The notes beneath the pieces are model-generated. The model searched no databases. It saw only the letters and a list, made by a program, of their open reading frames with translations, and was not told the origin of the DNA. From Lama guanicoe (lineage: Eukaryota), in the NCBI GenBank assembly GCA_013239625.1, contig MU054391.1:5105824-5169823 (forward strand): a stretch of DNA of 64,000 bases. Reading direction: 5' to 3'. Position numbers and translations under genes: made by a program. Every line of letters begins with the position of its first letter. Position 1 is the stretch's first letter. Positions 11,030 through 25,366 of the stretch are shown here, in pieces.

Positions 11030-12780
11030 ATGAGATACCTCAACCAAACAGGGGTTATCTGATAAATGCAAAAATTATTCAGTATAGGAAGACTAGTTAA
11101 CATGTGTCATCAAAGTGATGACTCAAAGGGAGAAAGTAGTTAGATACATTAAAAAGCACCTAATAAAATTCAATAATGTTTTCACCAAATAGAACTCTTA
11201 GTAAACTAAAGGCAAAGGATGTTTTATGAACGTTAAAAAGACCTATCAAAACAGCCAGTACTTTGTCAGCCTGAAACACTAGAAATTCGTGGGAGCAAGC
11301 ATATGAAAGCTTTTGAGGCAGGAAAGAGAGGTGTATGTGTTAGCATGGATTACCTTACTTTAAGACTTATTTTGAAAATTCAAATAACATTAAAGTCCAC
11401 TCTCCTTAAATTAATCTCTAAATTTAACAGCATAATCCCAATCAAAATCCCAACGATACTTTTAGTGGAACCTGGTTTGTTAATTTTCAAGGTCTTCTGT
11501 AAAACTATACAAACCTATGCTGAGGAACCTGCCTAGCCCCACCTGGTCAAAGCCTGTGTCACCGTGATTGATAAGGCAGCGCTGACTCAGAAATAGACCA
11601 AAAGATTAATCAAAAAGAGAAGAAAGTCCGAAAAAAGACTCCCTGTACAACTGAAAGTTTTGTTTATTGTAAAGCTTACATATAAAGTTAGTGGGAAAAG
11701 GATAATGAGGTGAATGAAGTTTAAAAAGTTAGCTCTCCTTTCAGAAATAAAAATCGTTTTCCAGTTCACACTACACACATCCACACAAATCCAGTCAGGT
11801 TATGAAAAGACCTAAATGTAAAAAATAAGGCAATAAAAAGTCTAGAATAAAATACAAAAGAACATCATCAAAATCCTGGAATTGGAGAAACCTTCATAAG
11901 TGTGACAAAAATGATAATTGCCATGAAGAAGAAGTATTGACAGTATTTATCATACAGAAATTATTGGAAATTTCCATATGGCAAATAACATAAAATTAAA
12001 TAAGTAACAGAAATTATTTACTACATATAGGTTAAGATAGCTAACAAAGAAATTCTACAAATCAGCAAGAAAAGAATGAAAAATTCAAGTGAAAAAATGG
12101 ATGAGAATGTGAATGAGCAAATTACAGAATAAAAAAATTCTAACGGCCAGACCATTTAGAAAAGTAAATTAGATTCAAGATAAAGGACTGATCAGGAAAT
12201 AGTAGTAATAATCCAGAAATGCATATTAGAATGGTAATATTTGATTTATCGAATACCATTAGCAAAAGTTTAAAAGTAGACAATATCCAGTTTGGGTGGG
12301 GGGAAACTGGCATCCTCAAACACAGTTGGTAGGAACGAAATTTTAAACCTCTTTTTTGGTAGGTGATTTTGCAGTAGACATCAGAATTTGTACATACTCT
12401 CCAAATTGCCGATTTCACTTTAAGAAGTCTATCCTAAAAAACAGAAACACTTATTATATGCACAAGGATACAAAGATATTCACTATACCACTATACTTAA
12501 TGCTAGAAATGGAAAACCAGCTAAAGGTTTCTAATGATATTAATTAAAATAAATGGAAATCATACAATAAATAGAAAGCCCCACTACAGAATTCAGCACC
12601 AGTGAATGAAGAGATATGCATATGTATATATAATGAAAATCAGAGTTAAGTGGAAAAGTAAGTTAAAGAACTGTGTGCTTAAAATGCAATTCCACTTCAC
12701 AGACAAATCTCTATGCCTGTACCCGAACGTGTGTGTATATTTAAACATATACAAATGCGTCATGGAAAAGTTCTGGAACG
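11030..12780 (+). mobile_element. Ancient L1 (L1ME-like) ORF2 and 3' remnant
   Basis: Decayed ORF2 peptide LISKFNSIIPIKIPTILLVE in ORF 11303..11536, with A-rich L1-like sequence throughout. Confidence 0.75.
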
Positions 12781-13183
12781 AAACTGCAGTGGACACTCTT
12801 GGCTGACTCACTCCATAGGCATTTCCATCTCCAGTCACCCTTGCTCTCCTTTCCACAGAGGCCAAAGGCTAAGTATCCCATTTCCCAGCCTCCCTTGCAG
12901 TTCGAGGTGCTAAGACACAGAGGTGCCCGTGAGAGGTACCAGCAGTCTGCTGAGGCTGCTGGGAGGGACAGACTGTGTCATCCACTGCGGTGACCATCTG
13001 CAAGAGTGTTCCAGATCTGATGCATACCAGCTCATGAGAGTTGTTATGTTTTTCAGGAATTTCTGTAAACTGGTGGTTAAACTCAGCCATTACCAAAATC
13101 TAAGTGATATAAATGTAAAATTAAATAAATTATATTACATAGGTAGTAAATGTTCAAAACTCATCACTTCCCAATTACTTCTT

Positions 13184-13323
13184 TTTTAAAATTTTTTTCA
13201 GGGGGAGGTAATTAGGTTTATTTATTTTTTTTAATAATTTTTTAAATGGAGGTACTGAGGATTGAACCCAGGACCTCATGCATGCTAGACATGCACTCCA
13301 CCACTGAGCTATATCCCCAGACC
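13184..13323 (-). mobile_element. vic-1-like SINE with target-site duplication
   Basis: Reverse complement has TATAGCTCAGTGGTGGAG and GGTTCAATCC boxes. Flanked by cccaattacttctt (13170-13183) and cccaactacttctt (13324-13337). Confidence 0.92.
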
Positions 13324-13533
13324 CCCAACTACTTCTTGACTTTTGCTATTGGCTGTGCTCTCGAGGTGGCTGACAGCTCCTGGGCCTGTGTGGTAGCAGT
13401 GGTACATGACGGAGAGTGAATGAGCATCTCTTCCTGATTCCACACCCAGAGGTGTCAAGTTAGTAGCTTAAAATCCACCATGGTGAAAGTATTTACAACT
13501 TGAAAACTGGCAAACATCATAGATTGTTTAGAC

Positions 13534-13738
13534 CAGGGATCATCAAATCTCGCCCTGACTGTTTGTATAAATGCAATGTTATCTGACCACACCGGTGCCC
13601 GTCTCCCTACAGACTGCCTGTGGCTGCTCCGGCCTTAGAGCAGCGGGCTGGGGCTGAACAGCTGTGCAGCGCCCGCGGGGCCATCAAAGCCTCAAATGTT
13701 TACTATCTGGCCCTTTACGGGAAAAGTTTGCTGACCCG
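13534..13738 (+). mobile_element. MER58A-like hAT-Charlie element
   Basis: cagggatcatcaaa...aaagcctcaaatgtttactatctggccctttacgggaaaagtttgctgaccc, the characteristic MER58 end. Confidence 0.8.
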
Positions 13739-15849
13739 AATTAGAAGTAATGAAGGGAATGCAAATAATGCACATTAAACTTTAAAAAGTATGTCATGAC
13801 TGATGACCCGTAGCGATCACACTGTGAATAGCTAAAAAAAAAAGAGATCGTAATCTTCCTGTATCCAAAAACCATGATTCAACTCAGCAAAGAAACGGCT
13901 CACATTATGGATAAATGAGTGAAGTTCCAACATGTATCTTTATCGTTTCATTTTCAACTTATTCATTATGTAAATAAAAATATCAACCGACATTCCTAAT
14001 GGAACCACATTTGTTTGTCCATGATGTAAGCAACTTCTTTACTGAATTGGACAAATCTTGTAATCTGATTCTGTCAAATCATGGTTGAATTGCAACCATA
14101 CGTTAGATAGAAGAGTCTATCAAAAAAAAAAAAAACTCAATGAAAGCACCGTGTGAGAAAGCAGAAGAGGTCAGATGCAGCTGGTGTGGCATAAATTCCT
14201 TCTGCCTGGAACATGGACGGCTGCGGCACCAACCATCATGTATCACGAAGAAGAAAGCTAACAGGCGAAGCGCAGCAGAGCAGAACGAGAGAGAAACCTG
14301 CTTCTCTTCTAATGACACTGTTGAGCGGTGACCCTGGCTCTGAAGCACCTAAATCCAGAAAGAATCCCAGGCGGTGGGCTTTTTCCCTATTACTTTGTGC
14401 AACTGAAGTGCATTCCTAACTGATACCAGAGCACATCAGATTTTCAATGTTATCTTTCCTTTTGCGTTAGGCTGCAGAAGGGTGATGGGGAAAGCCTCTG
14501 GTTTTCCCAGTTTGTACATCAGCAGAGGAAAGCAGACATGTAAGCCAGTGCGTATGTGCACAACGTTACTGCAAGTGCCAGGACCAGGGCATGAATGTCA
14601 CTGAATGTCTTCAACAGAAAAATACACACACACATAAAATCCAAGCAGACCTGCCCTAGATTTAAATAACAGCCCATCACTTTTTACCTTTCCTATCTGT
14701 ATGATCTTAAGAAAGTTACTTTACGTCCGAACCCTATAGAAAGCAGACACACGGGGATCCTGAGTGTTCTAACTCAGTCGCCATGGTCGTGTCCTCTCTG
14801 CAACTGAGTGGTTTACAGGTCGACGTAAAATGTAGGTCTGGTCAACGAAATATGACACAGGGCCTCTTCCTTCTCAAAGTCTGACACTTGCTACTGTCGT
14901 GTGGGTAAGTCCAGCAGCCACCTTCACAGCTTGCAGAAGGAGCTAGCCTACAGACAATGTGCTGAGGTGGCGAAGCAGAAAAGCTAAATAAAGCAAAGCA
15001 TAGAACTTTTCGATGCCCTCGTTAAAGCTGAGTTGCTGAGCTAACCAAAATGAGCTACCCTGCCTCACGGCTTCTCTGAGAGAGAACTCTTCCTGTGCTG
15101 TTATACCATTATACCACGAGTCAGGACTTCTGCTCTCTGCAGCCTTTAAAAGCATCCTGTTACTAGTATTACCTACAATGAAATTAAATCAGCAACACTT
15201 GAAGAGTTCCAGAGAGAACCTTTTCTTATTCACTAAAACAGAGATGTTGAGTTGCTGCCTCATTTGAAAAAGAGAAGCCAGATCTACAATACCCATTCTC
15301 TAGATATTAGACATGAAGGGAAAATTGCTCAGGGAAAGACAAGGGCTCGGGGACTATGGATATTAGTGAGCTAGAAAAGCTGACAACTGAGAAAGAATTC
15401 TTCCTAAATGAGGAAAACAGGCAACATCACCAAAAGGTTCAAAATCCTGATGGGAATAAAGACAAAAACTAATCCATGAGTATCTGTTTTAACATGCTGA
15501 AATCAAATTACACTGTTTATTTTCCAGGCGCTTTAGCTCAGATGGCTTTGGGTACCACCCAAATTCAGGAAAAGGCCTGCGCACCTGAATACTAACTGAA
15601 CTTTCTCCTTATTTTGCCTTCTCCACTGTGTATACCTTCCAAGACTCTCTTTGCTTATGTCTAGTCCTGAAATCAAGTGGCCTGAATCCTCGAACTTTGC
15701 TGTTCCCTTTCAAAACATTGTTGACTAATCTGTAGTCTTTGCATTTCTATGTAATTTTCGAAGCAACTTTAAAATTACATAGCACACTGTAAAGCAAAAA
15801 ATATGTCATCAAATGGAGAAAAAAATTAAGGAGAAAGTAAAGTTAGCAT

Positions 15850-17140
15850 CAGATGTGCAAGCCTTGTGCATGGTTAGACACACAGATCGATGAACAGAAT
15901 AAAGAGTTTAGAAATAAAGCCACAAGTGGATATGGTGAATTGCAATTCAAAACAGAAAAGCTAGTATGTGAACAAACAGTACTGGGACATACAGAAAAAC
16001 GAATTTCAACTCTAACCTCACAGCACACACAAAAATGAACTCAGAATGGACCAATAACCAAAGCAAAAAAACTAAAACCATAAAACTTCTAGAAAAAAAA
16101 TTTATAACCTTAGAGCAGACGAAAACATCTTAGATAAGACACAAAAAGCTCTAAAGTACAAAATTAAAAATCATTAACCTGACTTCATTAAAACTTAAAA
16201 GTTCTGTTTGTCAACAGTCACCACAAAGAAGACGAAAGGCAGGTCTCAGATTGGGAGAAAATGTCCACAATTCATACATCTGACAAAGGACTTAGATCCA
16301 GATAACAGAAAACACGAATTATAAGATAGTAATAAAATTCAAGTCAGAAGATTTGAACAAACGTGTTCCAAAAGAAGACACGGTATTGGTCAAAAGCGGA
16401 AGAAAAGATGCTTGACATCATAGTCACAAGAAATCCCAACTAAAATCACAGCGAGATACCACTGTTCACGTATTAGAATGACCAACATTGAAAAGGCAGA
16501 TAAAGCCACGGGTTGATGAGAATGTAGAGGAACTGGCATTCTCACACGTTGCTGTACGGGTGCAGAACGGTACAACCACTTTGGGAAAGTCTCGTGGTTT
16601 CTTATGTGATTAAACATGCTTTCACCTTATGTCCCAGCAATTCCTCTCTAGGTATTTACATAAGAGAAATGAAGACACACATCCATAAAAAGACTTGTAC
16701 AAGAATGTTTTAGAAGTTTTACTCATAATAACCCCAATTTTGAAATAATCCAAATGCCCATTAACAAACAGGTGAAAGAACACATCAATTGCGTATTTAT
16801 GGAGGACTACTTGGCAATAAAAGGAACAAACTGTTGATAAACACAAGGACGGGAATGAATTTTAACATTAAGCCAAGTTTAAAAGCCAGACACAAAAGAT
16901 TCCACACTGTACAGTTCAATTTATATGAAATTCTAAAATAGGCAAGCTAATCAATGGTGACAGAAAGCAGGTAACCGGCTGCAGGGGGCTGGGCTGACAC
17001 AGGAACGGAGGAGCCTGGGGGTTGAGTGAAAGGTCTTATATCCAGATTTGGGTGCTAGTTATCCAGGTCTACACATCTGCCCCAACTCACTGCACTGGTG
17101 GTTCTATTTTAAGTAAATTATACCTAAACAAAGTTGATTT
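15850..17140 (+). mobile_element. Old L1 (L1MB/MC-like) ORF2 3' end and UTR
   Basis: gattgggagaaaatgtccacaattcatacatctgacaaaggact...ggtacaaccactttggga...cccagcaattcctctctaggtattta...aaattatacctaaacaaagttgattt. Confidence 0.85.
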
Positions 17141-17199
17141 AATAGTTCTTTGGAAACAAACTTTACAATCTCCTTTGCAGACTCCTTCTCAATCTGGGG

Positions 17200-17770
17200 C
17201 CCCAGGGTTCAGTTCTCTTCTCCACTTACACCCATTTCCGAAAGGATTTCATCCAGTCCCATGGCTGTAAATGCCTACAGCATACTGACAGCCCCCAGAT
17301 TTTTTATCTCTCAATTAGATGTGTCTCCTAACCTCCAAACTCAAACAACCAACAAGCTACTTAACACCTCTACTTGGCTGCCGAATGAGCATCTCGAATT
17401 TACCATGTTCAAAACAGAAATTCTGATTCCCATCAAAACAACTCCTTTCCCTTGTCTTCTCTGATCTTTGCAAATGGCATCATCTTTCATCCAAGCGCTT
17501 TGCCCAAAACACTGAAGTCACTTTTGATGTCTCTCTACGACTCACACTCCATCTTCATATTTCACATCATGTGATCCACATTCGTACGCAAATCTATCAC
17601 CAAAACATACCCTGGACCGAGGAATTCCCAGGTCCAGGCCTGGACCACGGTAACAGCATCCTGACCAGTCCCTCTGCTCCCATTCCTGTCCCTAGTCTGT
17701 TAGACACACAGCATCCGGAGTGCTCAAGGCTCGCCAAGAGCTACCCACTGCACTCAGAACAGACTCCAAA
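17200..17770 (+). mobile_element. Decayed LINE-2
   Basis: cacctctacttggctgccgaatgagcatctcgaatttaccatgttcaaaacagaaattctg...aaatggcatcatct, typical L2 sense sequence. Confidence 0.7.
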
Positions 17771-20709
17771 TTTCTTCAAGAACTTCAGCTGTCCCAGAAT
17801 CTAATTAAAAAAAAAAAACCAAACCTAAGCCCTTTCGTTGGTTCTGCTGGATGAATGGCACACATTACATAGGTTTCCATTTTGATAACTGAGAAATAAA
17901 GAATTGTTGAAGATGGATAAAATCAGAACACTGCTAGAGCTGAGAGAAGGCTGGCAACGTTCAGATTGGTCAGCACACGTATACACAGGTCACCACTGGA
18001 GCGCCAGCCATTTGGGGAGGACCCCTTAGCTACCATCAGTGTTGTCTCAAGTTGGTCATAATTTGCTGAAACAGGGCTCCACTTCCCTGGAAAGATAACT
18101 GTGTTCTTTTATAATCGTTTCTTGCTAAGCCATCCCGAGTCTTGTTTGGTTCCCCTCCGTCTGTCTCTTCCGGCACTGCCAAGTGCAAACTGCGAAGCTG
18201 GCAGACAGAAGGTAAGCTCAGGTCAAAACCGCTAGCGGGTCACAACAGCCTTAAGCCAGGGGTTAAGTTTTCTTCAGATCGGAATTCCCAAACCTCACCT
18301 CTACTTCTTGGCATATTGCCCTGTGTATCATAGGTTATTATGAAATTTTCAAGACAGACTCCACTCAATTTAAAAAACAAACACCTCAAAGTAAATACTT
18401 CTCCAAACCTACATTTCATTCCTTTTAAAATCTATTCCAAAACTGCTATCCACAATTGCACATTTCCATCTCTGGAATATACCATTTCAAGTTACATAAT
18501 CAAAACTTCAGTTCACTTAATCTAGCTATTTCTATGCTTTCATCTATTTCAATAGCAAGAAATATAAGCCAAGAACTACAAGAAAGCAGTAAATATTGGT
18601 GGGGAGTGGACATTAGATTTAACTCCAGAGATGGCACTAATAAGAAATACAGTTTGAAAAGTACTTCCTAAATAATTTACAGGAGCTTAGAAATAGACTT
18701 TGGTAACAAGTAACCAGAGAACTTTACAGTACGCACATGAACTAACCAGAGACAATTGTTTAAAACACTAAATACGCACTTCTATAAAATTTCTGCACTA
18801 AAACTACAACAGTTATGTGAATACGAACACAATTGTCAGGCATAATGTCAGCCTGATGCTCTACAAGCGAATGAAGTGAAACAAACTGTGAATGTTCTAT
18901 TTCTGGGAATAGGTCAAAACAGGATCTTAAGTCTGATAAAATCAGGAGAGACCTGGAAAGATGACTGCTTAAAAATTACTCATTTCCTATTTAAAAATTT
19001 ATGATTAATCAAGTCTGTCTGTTTTCATTAAGTGGCCAGTATGTGCGAGGCAACGGAGAGAGTGATTTTCCAGGTGGCGGCCTCGGGAGGTACGCGAAGA
19101 ATGCGGGTTGTTGTTCTAAAATCAACATCCCAAGTGAGCACAGCTCTTCCTTCACCTCTACTTTTATGACAGTAACACATGCACAGAGTTTCAGAGTCAA
19201 AGGGTCCAGCAGGGTCACCACGACAGAACTGTAGCAGCCCTAGACCCACCACGCAGCTTTCCAGAGGCCATCAGGCCAGTTCCCAGACTCAGTCCTGGAC
19301 CCGGCAGGCCAAACCGGCTTGTCCTCAACAGCACCATCCTTGCAACCACTTACATTCCAGCTCCTTCTGACACTCCAGTTCCCCGTCCTTGAGTTTACGC
19401 CTCTTTGACACCTCACTGTCATTTAAGAGGGGTTTCAGATAAACGTGTGTGTTTAATCTGCTACAATTAACTGGACATCTCAAAACTTGGTCCTACAACC
19501 ATCATCAAGATACCAGTTTTCTAAGATCGTTTTGACAGTATCTGAATTTTATTTTAAGAATCCAGTTATAAATTTAATGAAATTTTAATAAATGTGATAC
19601 TTAACATTTCTTGTTCTTTTTACTTTGTATACAATAAAACACTCTAAGATAAATTGTTTCTGCTAAAGAATTATAACCAAAGGTTTATCCTCAGGTAACC
19701 AACAAGTGACTATAAACTATTCAACCACGTGGTGTCTTTAAGAACCAAGGTTAAAGGCTCCTTCCACGATTACTCTTTTCATAAACACACCCTCCTAAAG
19801 AGGTACAGTGGCCATCTTCACACTTTAAGATCACGTCTCACCTTTTCCTAGAGTTGGTTTGTTAAAGATGTCACTTTGACTCAACACACTTGCCTTTTAT
19901 AGAGGGAGAAGACAGGACTGTAAGATACGACTTCTCCACTTCAAGAACCTGACATCAAGCCACGGTTATTAGTCACAACGTCTGGCTGCCAATCATGGGC
20001 GACAGTGCTGGGTTTTACAGGATTAGCTATCCAAATGCCAGCCCCCCCCCCACCCCATCTCACTATGTCTGCAGTGTTCTATTCAGGGCATCTTTATCAC
20101 ATGTTGTGAAAAGTGTTCTCTCAGTTGTCTGTATCCTTCATTAGATCAAGCTCCTTGAAGATCTCAGACATCTGAGTACCTGAGCCTGGCCCTGCCCTGA
20201 CGAGAAGGCCTTGCGTGGGGTGCCAGAACAGGAGCAGTGTGAGAGATCATCACCACAGGCAGCGGCGTAGCTGCAGGCTCCTCCCAGGATGACCGCAGCA
20301 TCCATGTAGCTGCAAGCACGAACAGGAGTGACACAGAGAGGGGACGTCTCCCAGCTGGGTGGAATGCCCGGCACGCCACCTCTCTAGTGAAAACTGGGAG
20401 GAACAGGGAAATCAGCTTAGTCGCTAAAATCAGGTTCAAAGTGTTCTGAAGGGCCATGAGTGTCCTGAATGAGTATTTTGGCTATTTTTCTTGTAGGCAT
20501 TCAAAGATATTTAAGCAAAGAGTAATATGATGAGACAGTTTTCAGGCAAATAATAAAGACTAATCCATATCCATGATGGATTGTAAGAGAGAAGCTGAGA
20601 CAGCGGATATGACAGAAGGGCTAAGGGTTTCCAAGGAGAAATAAAATTTTTAGAATCTCATAACCTATTGGTTACAGACACTAAGAAGAAAAAGTCAGGT
20701 TTTTCCATT

Positions 20710-21730
20710 AGGATGTATTCTATTTCTTTATGATGTTCCCTATTCATTGAGTCATGGTTATCACATCTTCTTTTAATTCTTTGAGCATATTTACAATAGC
20801 TGCTTTGAAGTCTTTGGTTAATTCAACACCTGTGTCCATTCAGAGGCAGTTTTCAATTGATTACTTTTTTCCTTGTTTCTCATAAGTTTTTTGTTTGTTT
20901 AAAAAGAGACATGTTAAAATAATATAGTAACTCAACTTTGATTGTCTTTTTTCTTGAGCACTGTGCTGTTTTTTTGTTTGTTAGCAAGGACTCAGTCTGC
21001 TGGATATCTCTCACCCTTGGTATGCAGCGGCTGACATCTTTGCTCAGTTTTTTAAATTCCTGGTTTTACATTTCAGCCTCACTCTGGGAGTTACCCCTGT
21101 GTTTGTACATCTTAGCAGTCAGAGCTGTGCTCAAACACCTCCAGCAAGTAAGGCTTCTGCCCTCTGCTGAGGGATCTCACATGGAGAGCTCCTGCCAGCA
21201 GTTCTCAAGTCCGCCCAGCCTTCATTCTCCCTCAAACCCTCCCAGGCCTCCCCCGACAGCGACGCAGTCTCCAGTCAGCCAGGGCTGGGCAGAGATCTTC
21301 TCTAGTCCCTTTGTGGTTCTCCCGCTTCCAGTATCTCTCTGCTAAATGTATGGACCACATCCTTGGAGCAGGAGAGCTGGGGGCGTTCTCTGTTAGCCGC
21401 CGCAAGGGTTCTCTGCCTTCCCCTCCAAACCAAGCCAATCGCCTCTGGTATCAAAGCTGCTGTTTTTGTGGCTGGCCCTGACCCTAGGACAACTCTGCCA
21501 AGGAATGAGGAATGGAGGTGACCCCAGGCAAGAACACCACAGATTCCCGCTGTTCCTGCTCAAAGGTCAGCAGTTTTCTTTTGCATAAATGCTTTTCAAA
21601 TTGTCCTTTGCTTTTGGGCAATTTCCAGAGCCCTCAAATGGCTTTGACAAGTTCATCCAGTTATACAGCTGTTTTGAGGGGGAAAAACTTGTGGACCTTT
21701 TCACTCCTCAATAGCTGAAAGTTCTGTCAA
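20710..21730 (-). mobile_element. Old L1 5'/ORF1-proximal fragment
   Basis: ttcttttaattctttgagcatatttacaatagctgctttgaagtcttt resembles antisense old L1M sequence. Subfamily not determined. Confidence 0.5.
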
Positions 21731-23649
21731 TTAAAATAGGATTTTGTAGGCTAGTCTGGAAATACTGTTTCTGTGGGAGGTAAATTAAAGTGCTAAAATA
21801 GATCCAGAAAATCAGGAACTTATCCAGACCCAGACAAGTCCTGGTGACAAGAAGAGCTTGCAGACTGCATGAGGGAAAGTGCGCTGAGCTCTGTCACGGG
21901 GAAGCCAGCTCTGTGTCTTTTAAACACTTTTAAAATCCACCTGCTTCACCAGCGAAAGACAGCCATGCCACCTGCTTACAAGATTCAGAGCGCCCCTCCC
22001 TCCCCCCTGCCTTTGGTTCCCAGTCACTAATTTGCCACTGTCCTCCACGGGGTCAAGTAACCACCTCCCCAGGGTCCCCACTTAGGCTCTTCTCTGGAAG
22101 CAGAGGCACCAGATTCTGGTTTCTGGCGATCAGCACTCAGTCTTAATTTCTTCCTAGAGACCTGCAGGGAGTCTCTGCTCCTCAACCAAACTGCTGTTGC
22201 TCGGAAGGCAGGGCCTGCCGGGTCCTCCGCCCTGGCGCTCCGACCAGGTGCTCTCTCAGCTGGAACAAAGAGGTCTCAGCGAGTCACAAATGGAATCAGT
22301 TTTGTGAGGGATTGTGTCTGTTCTCTTACAAAGCCTTATTGTTGGAAAAAAAGGAAAGGAGCTCAGCTGTACTCACTAGACCAGACACAGATAGTGACAT
22401 TGATACATGAAGTCACTCGATTCTCTCCTGTCCTCACTTTGTTTACAGACCACAGAGATAAACCAAGCCAGCTACTGCTGGGGCTTCAACAGAATCTTAA
22501 CTCTGCTCCCATACCTGGCTCTGTAACATAATGAAGTCACTTAATTGTGTTTTACAAAGACAATTTCCAAAGTTGACTCAAATACACAAATAAAACTGGG
22601 TACCTGTTGGTATGAAGCAAGACCATTTTATCTTTCAAAATACAAAGGCTTCTATAGTTTACATCAAGATTTCAGACCTTTGGATTCCAATTCAAAATAT
22701 CATCTGATTAATAGTCCCTAAGTCACCAAATACACAGAAACAAAAAATTAAAGCTTTTAAAAACATCAAAAACCACACCTGGCAGACAATGTAACGACAG
22801 ACTCTCAGCATAGCTGAGAAATATGATTACCCACAGAAGTGCATCCGGATTCCAGTCTGTTCTAGTTGCTACTAAAACCAGGACCAGGAAAAAAAAAAAA
22901 AAAAGTTTGGGAAAGGCTTCTGGCCACCCCTCCCATCCTCAAGTCAAAGACCCTGGGCCTCTCCCAGCCGGGACCTGGAACTTGTCACTCTCTGTTCCTC
23001 AGGGGCTGCATTTTAACAAAGGGTCTGAGCTCCCTCCCGTCTCGCACAAAAGGTCACTCATCTTTCTTCTATTATACTTCGGGGTGAAAAAATATTTAGT
23101 TGGAAAGTAGAATATGAAAAACAAAAAAGCGATTCTGTTAATTTCTTAAAGTTCTTAAAAACCAGGGTGGCAAGGAAGACTGTGTGAACGAGTTTTCCAC
23201 ACTCTGGCTCGTAATACAAAAGATCCGAGAAGTGGGAACAGGAAGGAGACACCACCCCACTGAGCACAGCCGGGTCGGCCAGGGCCCTTCGGGAACCGGG
23301 CCCAGAAGGACCGGTCCACACTGCAGTCTGCCCTCTGGCTGTAGGTTTAAAACAGGCGGCTGGTGAGCGGCCTCCATGCAGCTCTGCTCACATCACATCC
23401 TGACCACTTAATGCATCTGGCGAGGTTCTGAGGATGCAAAGTTGAGTGGGCTCAGTCCATGTCCTCTCAGGTTCCAAGCCCAGTGGGAGAGGCCAGCACC
23501 TGCCCAGCACCCACCCGGCACCACCCCAGGGGATGACACTCACGTGTGTGCACACTCAACATCTCTGAAATCAAGAATCCTCTCACAGCTGATAAAATAA
23601 TGGTACACAGGACAATGGATGGCATCCTGGTTTTAATGAAATACAATGT

Positions 23650-23830
23650 ATATCTCACTGCATCTTCACGACAATCCTGTGAGGCAGGTGTTCTTATTAC
23701 TTCTAATTTACAAATGAGGAAACTGCGGACAGGGAGGCTAAATGACTCAGACAATGTGATGAAACTACCGAGCAGGGGAGCCGGACCCGGGCCTGGCGGC
23801 GAGGCTCCAGAGTCCGGCTCTTACTCCCAG
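23650..23830 (-). mobile_element. MIR
   Basis: acaatcctgtgaggcaggtgttcttattacttctaatttacaaatgaggaaactg is the reverse MIR core. Confidence 0.75.
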
Positions 23831-25366
23831 GGCTGCCGCCTGGGGCCAGGTGCGCACAGCTGGGACACGGGAGGCTGACTCGTCCCATCAGGAAGGGGAA
23901 CGGGACAGGGCTTCAGCACAGAGACCACATACAAACAGGGCTCTGAAGCCGGGCAGAAGCACGTGGTGGGGGCAGGGGGCTCCCTGCAAACACAGAGGAA
24001 CCGAATGATAAACAGTGCAGTGTGTGCACGGAGCTACAGACGGCTCACTACGGCTGAACCAGCTCAGGGAGCAGTAGGAGCTGTCACCCAGGGGAGAGGC
24101 AGGCAGGGCCCCAACACAGAGCCACCCTGTTGAGGGAGCCAACGCAGAGGGGAGCCCCGGCCAGGCCGACACTGCAAAGGACCGGAGGGCAGGGCGCCGC
24201 GAAGCAGGGCCAGGGCTGCAGAGCAAAAGTGCACTGACTGCAGGGGTCAGGAGGGAAGTGATCACAGCTGATGATCACCACCACCGACTGCGAGCTTCTC
24301 ATGCCAGGTGCGGTTGTAAATGCCTTACAGATGTCTCAGCCTCAAAACAGCCCAAGGCGAAACTGAAGCAAGGCAGTTCTCCGTGACGGTTAACACGGGT
24401 GAGCAGCAGCCTGAAGAAGGGGAGGATTTATCCCAATGACCTGCCTTCACTGCTTAGGCGCACGTTGCCCCAAGAGGGCACAAGTGAGGAAGAAGAACTC
24501 TGACGCCCAAGATGCTCTTAGTGTTAGACGCTGGGGCCGGGGTGGAAACGAGGAGGACAGAGAAGGGGCAGCAGCCGTCTCTGCTGAGGAAGCAGTGCCC
24601 GCAGACCACTGGCTCACGGCTCCTCCAGCCAGGGTTACCTCCTCTCCTCTTTTGTCTCCCTCTCGGTTACTTCTACATGACTATAAAAAAGTATCTTTAT
24701 CTTCAGCTTACACTTTTAATTATGCATTTATGTTATCTGCTAAGTGTGAGTGGATAAAGTGTATACATTTAAAGATGGCTAAGATTTACACTCATCTTTG
24801 TAAAGAATGGGAAAGGGAACTGAAAAATACCAATTAAAATAACTTTCAGGAGGAACAAAGGCTTCAGTGAAGGATGAAATCATGAACTCTGCAGTAGCCC
24901 AGACCCATCATGTGGGTCTCTCTCCAGCATCCCGCTGCCCCAGCATGACAGGGACCAGAGGGCAGGGCAGTCCACCCCGGACTGGACAGGCGCCCAGTGG
25001 TAGGTGGGACGACACGGGAGCTGACAGTGAGCAGAACACGGAGACGATGTACAAGAATGTGAGGTCAGGAGACACTGAGCAGGAGGACTGGGTGGGAACA
25101 GCATCCCCTCCAGCACAGTTTTCGTCTCTGTCATTCCACCGCCCCTGAAGGTGGACGTCTAGTCGCAGACTGCAAGGGAGTAAGAAGCTCGGGTGCAGAA
25201 GGCTGTGGTCCCAGCTGGCAGATTTCAGAGGCAGGGCAGCAGCAGACGAGGGAGTGGACAGCGAGGACGAGAACATAAGGACACTGCAAGAGCTCAGACA
25301 GCGCAGATGACAGGGCTGGGAGGGTGGTCCACCAGGCCGGCTACAAAAGGCAGGAGAACTCCAGCC

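Larger units (their letters stand above)
13001..14150 (+). mobile_element. MER63-like hAT-Blackjack DNA transposon, interrupted
   Basis: taccagctcatgagag...tttcaggaattt...aaaactcatcacttcc...gtagcttaaaatccaccatggtgaaagtatttaca resembles the MER63 consensus and resumes after two insertions. Right end uncertain. Confidence 0.7.
12785..14427 (+). mobile_element. MLT1J/K-like LTR split into two halves (about 12785-13000 and 14170-14427)
   Basis: 5' half has cccatttcccagcctcccttgcag. 3' half has ttccttctgcctggaacatggac...aatgacactgttgagc...gcattcctaactgatac. Confidence 0.55.

Noticed and set aside
20433..20447. GGTTCAaagTGTTCT, one mismatch from a GRE/ARE consensus
   Set aside because: A one-mismatch hit is near chance expectation in a window this size and has no supporting context.
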